Of a stretch of 64,000 bases of DNA, positions 35,550-46,653 are shown in pieces. Below the pieces are notes generated by a model that was given only the letters and a program-made list of their open reading frames with translations, had not been told where the DNA came from and ran no database searches. The DNA is from Aggregatilineales bacterium (GTDB lineage Bacteria > Chloroflexota > Anaerolineae > Aggregatilineales > Ch27), in assembly GCA_029976025.1 (NCBI GenBank), contig JARKNX010000036.1, positions 70,353-134,352 on the forward strand, given 5' to 3'. The stretch's first letter is position 1, and the number at the start of each line of letters is the position of its first letter. A program made the position numbers and the translations under genes.

Positions 35550-36638
35550 ATGCAATATCGTCGGCTTGGGAACTCGGGATTGATCGTCAGCGCCCTGTCG
35601 CTGGGCACCATGCAGTTCGGAAAAGCGATGAATATGGGCCAGCTTGACCAGGCAGCGACCAGCGAGATGGTCAAATTCGCCCTCGATCGCGGCATCAACT
35701 TCATCGATACCGCCAACGTTTACAGCCTGGGAGAAAGCGAAACTCTGCTCGGGCACGCGCTCAAAGGCATCCGCCAGGATATCGTGCTGGCGACCAAAGC
35801 GCGGCTGCCCATGGACGAAGGCAATGTCAACCGCAGCGGCGCGAATCGCGTCAACATCATGCGCGAAGTGGAAGACAGCCTGCGCCGCCTGCAGACTGAC
35901 TATATCGATCTGTACCAGATGCATGGCTGGGACAGCAACACGCCGCTTGAAGAGACGCTGCGCACGCTGGATGATCTGGTCCGGCAGGGCAAGGTGCGTT
36001 ATATCGGCCTCAGCAACTATCTCGCCTGGCAGGCCGCTGAGGCGCTGAGCATCCAGAAGCAGCATAACCTGGAGCCGTTCATCACGGCCCAGTTGTACTA
36101 CAGCCTGGTCGGGCGCGATCTGGAGCATGACTGGTTCTCGTTTGCTGAATACAGCAAGCTGGGCATCCTGATCTGGAGTCCGCTGGCGGGCGGGTTCCTG
36201 AGCGGCAAATACAGGCGCAACAGCAGGCCGCAGGAAGGCACGCGCTTCGCCGAAGCCGGGCAGTTCGTGATGTTCGACAGGGAAAGGGCCTACGACGTTG
36301 TTGATGTTCTGCACAGCGTGGGTGATAAACACGGGGCCAGCCCGGCGCGTGTCGCGCTGGCCTGGACCCTGGCTCACCCCGTCATCAGCAGCGTGATCAT
36401 CGCTGCCCGCAACCTCAAGCATCTTGAGGACAATATCCTGGCCGCCGATCTGAAGCTCGACGAGGAGGACTTCGCCGCCCTCAATAAGGTTTCCGATCCG
36501 GGCACGCCATATCCCAAATGGATGGTTCTCCAGCTTGATCAGGCTGAGGATCCGCGCCCCAGAATTCTGGAGCCTGAGCGTTTCGCGGATGGTGGTCCGT
36601 GGGAAGATCTGCGCTATCGCGAAGGCAGGACAGACTGA
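35550..36638 (+). CDS. Aldo/keto reductase
   Basis: MQYRRLGNSGLIVSALSLGTMQFG, GINFIDTANVYSLGESE, VLATKA and IDLYQMHGWD are canonical AKR motifs. Confidence 0.9.
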   Translation: MQYRRLGNSGLIVSALSLGTMQFGKAMNMGQLDQAATSEMVKFALDRGINFIDTANVYSLGESETLLGHALKGIRQDIVLATKARLPMDEGNVNRSGANRVNIMREVEDSLRRLQTDYIDLYQMHGWDSNTPLEETLRTLDDLVRQGKVRYIGLSNYLAWQAAEALSIQKQHNLEPFITAQLYYSLVGRDLEHDWFSFAEYSKLGILIWSPLAGGFLSGKYRRNSRPQEGTRFAEAGQFVMFDRERAYDVVDVLHSVGDKHGASPARVALAWTLAHPVISSVIIAARNLKHLEDNILAADLKLDEEDFAALNKVSDPGTPYPKWMVLQLDQAEDPRPRILEPERFADGGPWEDLRYREGRTD

Positions 36639-36763
36639 GCGCGGTCGGATAAGCGAAAGGAGGTGCTCATCATAGCATTCGCAGCAATGGCTCTCGTGAG
36701 CCACCTCTGTAGTAGCAGCAAGATTGCACCGGAGCATGTTTTTAAGGAGAATGGAAGACTGCA

Positions 36764-37849
36764 ATGGCCAAGAAAGAAAGAATGAATCGTCGCGAGTTTA
36801 TGATGAGCAGCCTGCTGCTCAGCGCCGGGATTGCGGCACCGACTGTGCTGTCGCTGCTTGAGCACCGCCGCGTCAGCGCCCAGGATCGCCCGCTCCGCGC
36901 GGCCATGTCGAACACTGGCCTGTCCATCTCGTGGTGCGCGCAGGGCAAGGATGCCGCCGAGATGTGGGGCGAATTTCTGGGTGTTGAGATCGTATGGATG
37001 GATAGCCAGGTTGACGCCAGCATTCAGCGCGGCGTGACCGACCAGATGGCCACCCAGGATTGGGACTTCGTCGCTATCCAGCCGGTGAGCATCGGCACTC
37101 TGGTTGAGCCTGTGAAGGCTATGATCGATCGGGGCATCCCGTTCATCGGCATGGACACGCTGATTTCCCCCATTGACGAAATGGAAGAGATGGGCGTGCT
37201 CAGCTTTGTCTCCCCGGACAATGTGTTCATGTCCGAAGCGGTCGTGACCGAAGTCGTCAAGAAGATGGGCGGCCGGGGCAAGATCGTTCACACCTGGGGC
37301 GTCGAAGGCCACACCGGCTCGCAGGGCCGCGGACAGGGCTTCCGCAACATCATGGCCCAGTACCCGGATATCGAAGTTGTCGACGACCAGCCTGGCGACT
37401 GGGATCCCGCCCGCGTTGCCGCGATCTGGGAAGCTGCGCTGAACCGTCACCCGGACATCACCGGTGGCTTCCTGCACAACGACGATATGGCTCTGGCCGC
37501 TCGCCAGGTAGTTGAGAACGCCGGCCTCGGGGACCAGATCTTCATCGGTGGCGTGGATGCGATGCTGCCGGCTATCGATGCGGTGAACGAAGGCCGCCTG
37601 GTAGCTACCGCCCGCAACTCCGCCGTCCGCGTGCACGGTCATGCGATGGTGGTCGGCTGGGCAGCCGCCACGCTGGGCCTCGATGTAATCCGGGAGCAGG
37701 TGCCCTTCTTCCTGCTGGCGGATGGCCCGGCGGTGACTGCGAATATCGACGCCAATCCCGCGCTCGCCGCTGAGCCCTGGAAGCTGCGTGGCTACGGCCG
37801 CAACACCGCGCTGGGCCTGCGCTGGCTGGAAGAGCAATTGCTGTTCTAG
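36764..37849 (+). CDS. Sugar ABC transporter substrate-binding protein (type I periplasmic-binding fold, RbsB-like) with a Tat-like signal
   Basis: NRREFMMSSLLLSAGIAAP signal and a Peripla_BP-type core (GIPFIGMDT, GKIVHTWGVEGHTGSQGRGQGF, FIGGVDAMLPAIDAV). Confidence 0.85.
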   Translation: MAKKERMNRREFMMSSLLLSAGIAAPTVLSLLEHRRVSAQDRPLRAAMSNTGLSISWCAQGKDAAEMWGEFLGVEIVWMDSQVDASIQRGVTDQMATQDWDFVAIQPVSIGTLVEPVKAMIDRGIPFIGMDTLISPIDEMEEMGVLSFVSPDNVFMSEAVVTEVVKKMGGRGKIVHTWGVEGHTGSQGRGQGFRNIMAQYPDIEVVDDQPGDWDPARVAAIWEAALNRHPDITGGFLHNDDMALAARQVVENAGLGDQIFIGGVDAMLPAIDAVNEGRLVATARNSAVRVHGHAMVVGWAAATLGLDVIREQVPFFLLADGPAVTANIDANPALAAEPWKLRGYGRNTALGLRWLEEQLLF

Positions 37850-37928
37850 TTTCAGCCTGTCGATTGGAGAAGGGGGCGGACCGGTCCGTCCCCTTCCAAC
37901 CTCGCCGGTTGTGCAGGAGAAACACCTG

Positions 37929-39416
37929 ATGAGTGATACCCCCCCTATCCTTGAACTGAGACAGATCACCAAGCGCTTTGGTGGGCTTACGGCGCTTGAG
38001 GATGTTAACTTTGACCTGCACGTAGGCGAGACGCACGCGCTGGTCGGTGAAAACGGGGCCGGAAAATCCACTCTCATGCGCATTCTGTCCGGGGTCTATA
38101 ACGAGTACGACGGAGACTACATCCTGGATGGGCAGCATATCCGTCTTGCTTCCCCCCGTGATGCGCTCAGCCGCGGCATCGGCATGATCCACCAGGAGCT
38201 GAATGTCATGCCGGAGCTTTCGGTGGCGGAGAATATCTTTCTTGGCCGGCAGCCACTGACCGCTATGGGCTCTGTTGACTGGCGCACGATGAACCGGGTG
38301 GCTGAGGAAGAGCTGCGTAAACTCGGGTTCAATATCAACGTGCGCCTGCCGCTTGAGCAGTATCCCCTGGGCATTCAGCAGGTGACGGAAGTGCTGCGCG
38401 TGATTCTCTCAGGCGCGCGCATCCTCATTATGGATGAGCCTACTTCGGCGCTGTCCCCGGCTGAAGTGGAACGCCTTATCCAGCTTGTCAATGATCTGCG
38501 CAGCCGCCACAAGCGCAGCATTATCTACATTTCTCACTTCCTGGATGAAGTCATGCGTGTCGCGGATCGCGTAACCGTGTTGCGTGACGGGCGCAACGTG
38601 GCAACGGTGAATGCGACCGAGACATCAAAGACGCAGTTGATCTCTCTCATCCTGGGCCGGGAGATGGACGCTGTGCTCCCCTCCGCCAGCGAGTCAACCG
38701 CGAAGAGGACCTTGCTTTCCATCAAGGACCTGAGCGGCGGCGCTTTTGAAAATGTGAACCTGGATCTTGATGCCGGGGAGATCGTAGGGCTGTACGGCCT
38801 GTTCGGAGCCGGTCACTTCGACCTGGCGCGCGCGCTCTTCGGCATGTTCCGTTTCGATTCAGGCACGATTACAATTGATGGCTACTCTTTCCCCACCAAC
38901 TTCACAGCCCGCGACGCCATCAAAAAGGGCCTTGCGTATGTGAGCGAATCGCGCCGCAAAAGCCTGTTTATGGACGAAGCAAATTACCGCAATATCACGC
39001 TACCGCACCTCGGCCATATCGGCGGGTTCTGGCCCAGTTACGCCAAAGAAGTTGCTGCTGCTCGCCCCGTGATGGAAATGGTGAACGTCCAGCCCTGCAA
39101 ACCGGATAACCCTGTGGGCACCCTGAGCGGCGGCAACCAGCAGAAAGTAGCCATCGCGCGGTGGATCACCTACCCGCCGAAGGTATTTGTGGTTAGCGAA
39201 CCCACCCGCGGCATGGATGTGGGCGCCAAGAATGAGGTGCTCAGCATCCTGGTTAACTTCCGCAATCAGGGGTACGGGGTGCTCGTGGTTTCTTCTGAGC
39301 CAGAGACGGTCCTGGCGGTGTCAGATCGGATCGTTGTCATGTCTCGTGGGAAGATCGTCTCAGAACTTGCAAACACCGGCGATCTGCAAAAAGAGGCGCT
39401 GATGAGGTTAATATGA
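37929..39416 (+). CDS. Sugar ABC transporter ATP-binding protein, duplicated ATPase (RbsA/MglA-like)
   Basis: The start was moved to ATG 37929 (MSDTPPILELRQITKRFGG). First Walker A is GENGAGKST, the signature is LSGGNQQKV in the second half, and Walker B is ILIMDEPTSAL. Confidence 0.9.
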   Translation: MSDTPPILELRQITKRFGGLTALEDVNFDLHVGETHALVGENGAGKSTLMRILSGVYNEYDGDYILDGQHIRLASPRDALSRGIGMIHQELNVMPELSVAENIFLGRQPLTAMGSVDWRTMNRVAEEELRKLGFNINVRLPLEQYPLGIQQVTEVLRVILSGARILIMDEPTSALSPAEVERLIQLVNDLRSRHKRSIIYISHFLDEVMRVADRVTVLRDGRNVATVNATETSKTQLISLILGREMDAVLPSASESTAKRTLLSIKDLSGGAFENVNLDLDAGEIVGLYGLFGAGHFDLARALFGMFRFDSGTITIDGYSFPTNFTARDAIKKGLAYVSESRRKSLFMDEANYRNITLPHLGHIGGFWPSYAKEVAAARPVMEMVNVQPCKPDNPVGTLSGGNQQKVAIARWITYPPKVFVVSEPTRGMDVGAKNEVLSILVNFRNQGYGVLVVSSEPETVLAVSDRIVVMSRGKIVSELANTGDLQKEALMRLI

Positions 39417-40426
39417 CACAGACTGATGCGGTTACAAGCCACCTGCATGAAGAGAAGCGTTCGACGGTTCTGAAGCGCAGCCTGCGGACGCTTGCTCCCC
39501 TGTGGACGCTGCTGGCTCTGATGCTTTTCTTCAGTCTGGCGTCAGAGAGCTTCCTACGGCCGATCAATCTCAACAACATCCTGGTTCAGATTTCAACGCT
39601 GGCCATCCTGGGGGCCGGGATGACCTTCGTGCTCCTGACGGGCCAGATCGATCTGAGCATTGCTTCCATGGTCACGCTGGTCGGCATTATCAACGCCCAC
39701 ATGTTCGTGAACATGGGCATCCCTGAGCCGTGGCCTTCGCTGGCGGCGGTTGGTGTGGCTACCCTGCTCGGGCTGCTCAGCGGGCTGGCTACTACCCGGT
39801 TCCGCATCCCGTCATTCATGTCCACGCTGGCAATGTCGCTGATTGCGTCCGGCCTGGCGACCTGGATCAGCCAGGGCCGCACCTTCTTCAAGATTTCTGA
39901 AGTCGCGGCATTTCTGGGCAGCGGGCGCATTGGCGGGCCGGATGGCCTCCGCGTGCTCACGGTTGTTGCGGCCCTGTGCCTGCTGGTGAGCTTCCTCGTG
40001 CTGCGCTATACCCGCTTCGGTCGCTACATCTATATGACCGGGGCGAATCCATCCGGGGCGCGGCTGGCCGGCGTCAATACCAATCTGATCTTCACTGCCG
40101 CGCTGGCGATCAGCGGCTTCTGCGGGGGGCTGGCCGGTCTGGTCAACATGGGCCGCCTGGGGAGCGCGCAGCCGCAGGTTATCGACAGCTTCATGATCGA
40201 CACTATTGGCGCGGTAGTCCTCGGCGGCACGTCACTTAACGGCGGTCGCGGCGGCATCATTCAGACCGTCATCGGGTTGCTGATCTACGGCACGCTGCGT
40301 AACGGGCTGGATAACATCCAGCAGCTTGATCCGTTCATGAAGGAATTCATCACGGGCGTTGTGCTGATGGGCGCGCTGATCATCAACCTGCTGTTCTCAG
40401 GCCGCTCGGTGCGCGACCGCACGTAA
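39413..40426 (+). CDS. Sugar ABC transporter permease (RbsC/AraH-like)
   Basis: A 337-aa polytopic membrane protein whose ATGA start overlaps the ATPase stop. It has typical BPD_transp_2 composition. Confidence 0.9.
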   Translation: MTQTDAVTSHLHEEKRSTVLKRSLRTLAPLWTLLALMLFFSLASESFLRPINLNNILVQISTLAILGAGMTFVLLTGQIDLSIASMVTLVGIINAHMFVNMGIPEPWPSLAAVGVATLLGLLSGLATTRFRIPSFMSTLAMSLIASGLATWISQGRTFFKISEVAAFLGSGRIGGPDGLRVLTVVAALCLLVSFLVLRYTRFGRYIYMTGANPSGARLAGVNTNLIFTAALAISGFCGGLAGLVNMGRLGSAQPQVIDSFMIDTIGAVVLGGTSLNGGRGGIIQTVIGLLIYGTLRNGLDNIQQLDPFMKEFITGVVLMGALIINLLFSGRSVRDRT

Positions 40427-40487
40427 GAGCCTGAATTCTCTGCCGTGGTGTACAGAAGCTCAGTACTTCATTTACGGCAGGCGGGCG

Positions 40488-40542
40488 ATCCGGGCAGGCG
40501 ATCTTTCAGAGTCGGGCGACTCTTGAGATCGTCTGCCCGGAT
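40488..40542. terminator. Long GC-rich hairpin between convergent genes (candidate bidirectional terminator)
   Basis: ATCCGGGCAGGCGATCT...AGATCGTCTGCCCGGAT has an inner AGAGTCG-GGC-GACTCT stem. It lies between the permease stop (40426) and the convergent mtnA-like stop (40600). Confidence 0.45.
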
Positions 40543-40599
40543 TGTATTGTCCGGGGTGCGGCGGATCCACTTTTCTCCCGGCAGGCTCACGCCAGGGCG

Positions 40600-41715
40600 T
40601 TACTGGCGCCGCTTTTCAGGATAGAGGCCGAGGATGCCTTCTTCGGAGGCTTCGCAAATGCCCCGTTCAGTGATCAGACCGGTCACCAGACGGGCCGGCG
40701 TCACATCAAAGGCGTAGTTAGCTGCCGGGCTGTCCTCAGGAGTTAACAGGACCGTCACCAGCTCGCCATCATGCAGGCCGGTAATGTAGCGGACTTCATC
40801 ACCATCACGCTGTTCAATAGGGATTTGAAGGCCGTCACGCTGTTCCCAGTCGAAAGTTGACGAAGGCAGCGCCGCATAGAACGGCACGTTGTTGTCTCTG
40901 GCAGCCAGGGCTTTGAGATACGTGCCGATTTTATTGCCGACGTCGCCGGTATAGGTGGTGCGGTCTGACCCCGTGATCACCATATCGACCAGCCCGTGCT
41001 GCATCAGATGCCCGCCTACATTGTCAACGATGACGGTGTGCGGGACGCCGTGCTGACCAAGCTCCCAGGCGGTCAGGCTTGCGCCCTGATTGCGCGGGCG
41101 GGTTTCATCAACCCAGACGTGCACCTTCAGGCCCCTGTTATGGGCGGCGTAGATGGGCGCTGTGGCCGTGCCGTAATCGACGAACGCCAGCCACCCGGCA
41201 TTGCAGTGTGTCAGGATGTTGACAACATCCCCATGTTTACGCCGGCTGATCTCCTCGATGATGTGCACCCCGTGGTCGCCAATGCGGCGGCAGAAGTCGG
41301 CGTCTTCGTCAGCGATGAGCTGCGCCGTGGACAGCGCCGCCTCAATCTTGCCCGGGATGCCGGCAGCGGCTTCAATAGCTGCCAGCTGGCGTCTGACGGC
41401 CCATTCGAGATTGACGGCCGTGGGGCGGGTTGCCTTCAGGGTTTCCCCGGCTGCTTCCAGGGCTTTCATGAAGGCCTTTTCATCACCCTGCGGGGCGTGC
41501 AGCGCTGCCAGGTACATGCCATAACCGGCCGCAGCGCCGATCAGGCCAGCGCCGCGCACATGCATATCCTTAATGGCTACGGCCATTTCATCAACAGTTC
41601 GCAAGTCTTCGATCACAAAGTGATGGGGCAGGGGGCGCTGATCGATGATCTGTACCACCGACTGATCGCCCGGCATGAGCCAGATAGTTCGGTAATGTTC
41701 GCCATGAACTCGCAT
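40600..41715 (-). CDS. MtnA/eIF-2B-family sugar-phosphate isomerase (S-methyl-5-thioribose-1-phosphate isomerase-like)
   Basis: 371 aa. QIIDQRPLPHHFVIEDLRTVDEMAVAIKDMHVRGAGLIGAAAGYG, NILTHCNAG, VWVDETRPRNQGA..TAWEL and VITGSDR are family signatures. Confidence 0.85.
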   Translation of the reverse strand: MRVHGEHYRTIWLMPGDQSVVQIIDQRPLPHHFVIEDLRTVDEMAVAIKDMHVRGAGLIGAAAGYGMYLAALHAPQGDEKAFMKALEAAGETLKATRPTAVNLEWAVRRQLAAIEAAAGIPGKIEAALSTAQLIADEDADFCRRIGDHGVHIIEEISRRKHGDVVNILTHCNAGWLAFVDYGTATAPIYAAHNRGLKVHVWVDETRPRNQGASLTAWELGQHGVPHTVIVDNVGGHLMQHGLVDMVITGSDRTTYTGDVGNKIGTYLKALAARDNNVPFYAALPSSTFDWEQRDGLQIPIEQRDGDEVRYITGLHDGELVTVLLTPEDSPAANYAFDVTPARLVTGLITERGICEASEEGILGLYPEKRRQ

Positions 41716-41729
41716 AGAACGTACTCCCT

Positions 41730-42359
41730 TTAAGGGGTATTGAGTGTGTCCGCAACTGCTCGAAGCATATAATAGGCGGAGACCGCGCCGGGATCCAGCC
41801 CGCCCCGGCTGCGCTCCCCCAGACGAGAGGACCGGCCCCGGCCGCTCACCATATCGGCGGTCGCTTCCATGCCGCTTTTGGCGGCGGGCAGCGCATATGA
41901 CCAGGCTTCAACCGGCGTCAGACCCTGCTGCGCCGCTTCCTCAAGCGCCCTGACGAACGGCATCAGCGTGTCGATCATGGTTTTGTCGCCCACTTTGGTC
42001 TTGCCGAGTTTGCACACAACGTTGACCCCGGCTTCGACCGCGCGGCAGACATTTTCCGTGTCGGGGGCGGCATTGAGCGACTGGCCGACCGTGGCGATGA
42101 ACATGCCGAACAGCGCGCCGGACGCCCCGCCCGCCGCATTGGTGAACGCGGTCCCGGCGGCGGCAATCACCGGCCCGGCGAGGTCGCCTTCAGCGGTCTG
42201 GGCGGCTTCGTGGGCGGCGCGCATCCCGCGCACCATCCCCGCGCCGTGATCGCCGTCGCCGGCGAAGGCGTCGAGCCGCGCCAGCTCATCTTCGGCCTGC
42301 TCAATAGCGGCCAGGATATTCGCTACACATTGTTTAGCCAGTTTGGCTTGAGTAGACAT
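41730..42359 (-). CDS. dhaL: Dihydroxyacetone-kinase L subunit-like (Dak2) protein
   Basis: LARLDAFAGDGDHGAGMVRGM and VGDKTMIDTLMPF are Dak2 motifs. It lies immediately downstream of a DhaK gene. Confidence 0.85.
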   Translation of the reverse strand: MSTQAKLAKQCVANILAAIEQAEDELARLDAFAGDGDHGAGMVRGMRAAHEAAQTAEGDLAGPVIAAAGTAFTNAAGGASGALFGMFIATVGQSLNAAPDTENVCRAVEAGVNVVCKLGKTKVGDKTMIDTLMPFVRALEEAAQQGLTPVEAWSYALPAAKSGMEATADMVSGRGRSSRLGERSRGGLDPGAVSAYYMLRAVADTLNTP

Positions 42360-42371
42360 AACGTGCGCTCC

Positions 42372-43370
42372 CTAAAGGTGCGTGAAGGCAGGCGTGGAGG
42401 CGGGGGCGTCGTACAGAGCCTGAAGCTCGTCATCCAGCCACAGCAGGGACAGCGAGCACCCGGCCATATTCAGCGACCCGGCAAATTCCCCGACCAGCGG
42501 ATTGTGCAGGGCCAGGCCGCTGGCTTCGAGCTGCGCATGGATATCCTTGTACAGCACGAACAGCTCTTCATATTTGGTGCTCCCCAGCCCGTTGAGGAGG
42601 ACGGCGACCTTATGGCCGGCATCTGCCGGAGCATCGGCCAGGACAATATCGACCATCATCCGGGCGATCTCGCTGGCGCTGGCCATGTCAGCGGATTTGA
42701 TCCCCGGCTCGCCGTGCAGCCCCAGCCCTAGCTCCATTTTCCCGGGGTCAACGGTGAACAGCGGCTCGCTCTGGCCGGGCAGGGTGCATCCGCCAAAAGC
42801 GATGCCAAACGAGCGGGTCCGATCGTTGGCGCGGCGGGTGAGCGCTTCCACGTCATCCAGCGAATCGCCGCGCGCCGCGCTGGCTCCGGCGGTCTTGATC
42901 ATGAAGAAATCCCCCGCGATGCCGCGCCGGTCCTCGACGTCCTCCGCGGAGGCCACGTCATCGGTGACCGTCACCGTCCGCACATCAATGCCCTCATTCT
43001 GGCAGCGCATTTCGGCCATGCCGAAGTTCAGCACGTCCCCGCTGTAGTTGCCGTAAGTGTACAGCACGCCAGCGCCGCCATCGACGGCTTTGGTGCAGCG
43101 GTAGATTTGCTCGCCCGAGGGGCTGGTGAACACGTCGCCGATCACGGCTACATCAGCCATGCCTTTGCCGACATAACCTGCGAAGACCGGATAATGCCCG
43201 GAGCCGCCGCCGATCAGGACGGCGACTTTGCCCGGCTGCGGAGCGCCGAGCGCCATCACCCCGGCAGCATCCGGCACGCGCCGCAGGTAGCGGCTGTAGG
43301 CCAGCGTGAATCCGCCAATCATTTCTTCCTTGAACTGCGTCGGATCGTTAAACAGTCTGGTCATTTTCAA
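42372..43370 (-). CDS. dhaK: Dihydroxyacetone-kinase K subunit-like (Dak1) protein
   Basis: KVAVLIGGGSGHYPVFAGYVGKGMADVAVIGDVFTSPS and GNYSGDVLNFGMA are Dak1 motifs. Confidence 0.9.
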   Translation of the reverse strand: MKMTRLFNDPTQFKEEMIGGFTLAYSRYLRRVPDAAGVMALGAPQPGKVAVLIGGGSGHYPVFAGYVGKGMADVAVIGDVFTSPSGEQIYRCTKAVDGGAGVLYTYGNYSGDVLNFGMAEMRCQNEGIDVRTVTVTDDVASAEDVEDRRGIAGDFFMIKTAGASAARGDSLDDVEALTRRANDRTRSFGIAFGGCTLPGQSEPLFTVDPGKMELGLGLHGEPGIKSADMASASEIARMMVDIVLADAPADAGHKVAVLLNGLGSTKYEELFVLYKDIHAQLEASGLALHNPLVGEFAGSLNMAGCSLSLLWLDDELQALYDAPASTPAFTHL

Positions 43371-44173
43371 TTGCCTCCCCTTTTGCGCTTCCAGGCGTTA
43401 TACCCGGTCTGCATAACTTCCATGAAGCCTTCCGGCTGCCAGGCGGCGCGCCCCACGAATAAGCCGTCAACCGTCGCATGTTGGACATACCCCCCGCAAT
43501 TGTCGCGGTTGACGCTACCCCCGTAGAGCACCGGGATGTGGAGGGCGCGATCCTGGCCGAACAGCGTCTCAAGCGTGTGCCGAATCTGGTCGATGCTGGG
43601 TGCAATGTCCTCCGGGAGGGCTTCCTGACTGCCGGCGCCGATGGCCCACACCGGCTCGTAGGCCACCATGAGCCGCTCGAGGCAGTCCGCCGGGTAGCCT
43701 GACAGGGCGATCTTGAGCTGCATGGCAAGCACTTCGTCAGTCACGCCGTACCGCCGCTGTTCCGCCGTCTCACCTACGCACAGCAGCACGCGCAACTGGC
43801 TGGCGGCTGCGCTGATAGCCTTTTTGTTCAGCTCGATATCAGTCTCGCCGAAATTGTGACGGCGTTCGGCGTGGCCCAGCATGATCAGGTCCACCCCAAT
43901 GCTGCGCAGCATCAGGGCCGAGATTTCACCGGTGAACGCTCCGCTGTTGGCCCAGTGCATGTTCTGTGCGCCAATCCACAGATTGCGGGGGCGGGGGGTG
44001 TCCTGCAGCCCGCCCAGAGAAGTGAAGGCGGGGATGATAAAAAGCTGAAGGTCAAACTGGCTTGCGTTTAAGTCGAGCAGAGTCTGTATGAAGGCTCTGT
44101 CTTCCGCGAGGGTCTTGTGCATCTTGAAATTAGACCCGAAGTAAAAATGTCTGGCCGGGGCTTCAACTGTCAT
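43367..44173 (-). CDS. Triosephosphate-isomerase-family protein (TIM-like sugar-phosphate isomerase)
   Basis: The start was set at ATG 44173 behind GGAGGAG. FGSNFKMH, GAQNMHWANSGAFTGEISALML, LGHAERR and YEPVWAIGAG are TIM catalytic-region motifs. Confidence 0.8.
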   Translation of the reverse strand: MTVEAPARHFYFGSNFKMHKTLAEDRAFIQTLLDLNASQFDLQLFIIPAFTSLGGLQDTPRPRNLWIGAQNMHWANSGAFTGEISALMLRSIGVDLIMLGHAERRHNFGETDIELNKKAISAAASQLRVLLCVGETAEQRRYGVTDEVLAMQLKIALSGYPADCLERLMVAYEPVWAIGAGSQEALPEDIAPSIDQIRHTLETLFGQDRALHIPVLYGGSVNRDNCGGYVQHATVDGLFVGRAAWQPEGFMEVMQTGYNAWKRKRGGN

Positions 44174-44396
44174 CGCTCCTCCATCCACTCCCAATTATCC
44201 TGAGCCAGTCCTGTGCTTCTCAGCCGCGCCCTCGCCGGAACGCGCGCCGCCTGGCGGGGGGAGACGCTCCGCCTTTCAATATCTCCGCCGCGATGCCAGA
44301 TACGGCAGGAGGCGCTCAACTCCGGCCGCCGGGAGGGCGCGGCAAGTCAGGAGGAGAGCGGCGGCGGGCATATCCCCGTCCTCCGAGCGTGCCGGC

Positions 44397-44861
44397 CTAT
44401 TCTCCGCCGGGAGCGCGGTGGTACAGAGCGTCGATCTCGTTGATGCGCTGCACTTTGGGCGTCGAGCCGCCCCCCTGGAAATCGACTTCCAGCCAGGCGT
44501 CGAGGATGGTTTTCGCCAGCTCAGTGGCGATCACACGGGCGCCCATAGTGATAATCTGGGCGTTGTTGCTGGTCCGCGACTTCCGGGCGGAATATACGTC
44601 ATGGCAGAGCGCGGCGCGGATGCCGGGCACTTTGTTGGCGACAATCGACATGCCGATGCCTGTCCCGCAAATGAGAATGCCCCGTTCATGGTTGCCAGCG
44701 GCGACCGCTTCAGCAACCTTCAAAGCGACATCCGGGTAAAGCACGGGCGTCGTGTCATAGACCCCGTAATCTTCGACTTGCTGCCCCTGCGCAATCAGGT
44801 ATGCCTTAATGACTTCCTTGAATTCAAATGCCGCTTCGTCACAGCCAATTGCGATTGTCAT
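44397..44861 (-). CDS. rpiB: Ribose-5-phosphate isomerase B family (RpiB/LacAB)
   Basis: The start was set at ATG 44861 (MTIAIGCDEAAFEFK) behind GGGAGAG. GILICGTGIGMSIVANKVPGIRAA and NAQIITMGARV are RpiB signatures. Confidence 0.9.
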   Translation of the reverse strand: MTIAIGCDEAAFEFKEVIKAYLIAQGQQVEDYGVYDTTPVLYPDVALKVAEAVAAGNHERGILICGTGIGMSIVANKVPGIRAALCHDVYSARKSRTSNNAQIITMGARVIATELAKTILDAWLEVDFQGGGSTPKVQRINEIDALYHRAPGGE

Positions 44862-45057
44862 AGCGCTCTCCCGCGTTATCACCCGGCGCGATCTGCCGGA
44901 TCAGGCTGATACTTCTGGATCAAGCCGCCGGGCCAGCGCCGGCGGCTGTGGGCCTGCTCCGAAAATCCGATGCGCCAATGGTGCCGGGCATCGGATTCTC
45001 GGATGTTTGCAGGCGCTCCCTCACGCCTTATCTTCCTCCGGACGGCGCACCGCCGGA

Positions 45058-46068
<1,011 letters not shown>

Positions 46069-46557
46069 TATTCTCTCGGCCTTAGTAAGTTCGCCGGCGG
46101 TCGCGCCGGCCAGGTAAGGATGATACGAGTATAACGCAGCCGGGGCGGGTTGAACAACAATCGCGCTCGCCCGCCGGGCGCGAGCAAAGACTGGCCGGCA
46201 ATCCAGGCGATCTGGGGGAGGATGAATTCCGCCGCCGGCTGCCAGCCGAATTTTGCCCATATTTCGTCGTATTTTGCTTGACAGAATAGAAAATCAATCC
46301 TATCCTGAACGTAATCGATTGCAGCCGGTATTACAACGCCTACGGATTGTTGTTCTGGCTCGGGAAGAATTCGTTTTCTGGAACTGATTCAGGCAAGGAT
46401 TCCGTACCCTGAACGGATTGCCTGATAATTCTGCAGATAGCCTGCAGACATGCCCGATAAAACAGATCTCAGCCCCGTTCTGACGGAGTTCCATCTTTGC
46501 GTTCGCTTTATTGCCGTCATAAACGGTAATAATTAATTAATATATATTATGAGGATA

Positions 46558-46566
46558 TGTTAAAAT
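46558..46566 (+). promoter_or_regulatory. Candidate extended -10 promoter element (TGtTAAAAT)
   Basis: TGTTAAAAT lies in the very AT-rich stretch 46520..46566 of the divergent intergenic region, about 240 nt upstream of the SBP start at 46805. No good -35 was seen. Confidence 0.3.
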
Positions 46567-46580
46567 GCCCGATCCGAAGT

Positions 46581-46653
46581 GCCGCGATGTGAATGGGGGA
46601 TATCTGTGAGTCTGGCGGCTGCTTAACCCCGCCGACCTGTTCGCGGCTTTTTT
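46581..46653 (+). promoter_or_regulatory. Structured leader ending in a U-tract (candidate attenuator or small RNA)
   Basis: GCCGCGA (46581-87) can pair perfectly with TCGCGGC (46641-47). The inner GGCGG (46614-18) pairs with CCGCC (46629-33). CCGCCGA (46629-35) can alternatively pair with TCGCGG (46641-46). A T6 run at 46648-53 follows, about 150 nt before the SBP start codon. Confidence 0.3.

Noticed and set aside
35511-38083. Very long minus-strand ORFs (35511..36764, 417 aa; 36614..38083, 489 aa) overlapping the aldo/keto reductase, SBP and ATPase genes
   Set aside because: Their sequences are low-complexity and rich in Arg, Ala, Gly and Pro, with no motifs. The opposite-strand frames carry unmistakable AKR, periplasmic-binding and ABC ATPase motifs. 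These are typical shadow ORFs of high-GC DNA.
46505-46535. Possible third, partial copy of the operon-flanking repeat (cgctttattgccgtcataaacggtaataatt vs cgctttgatagacggtaaaaatgt)
   Set aside because: The match needs a 9-nt insertion and sits in very AT-rich DNA, where such similarity is expected by chance.
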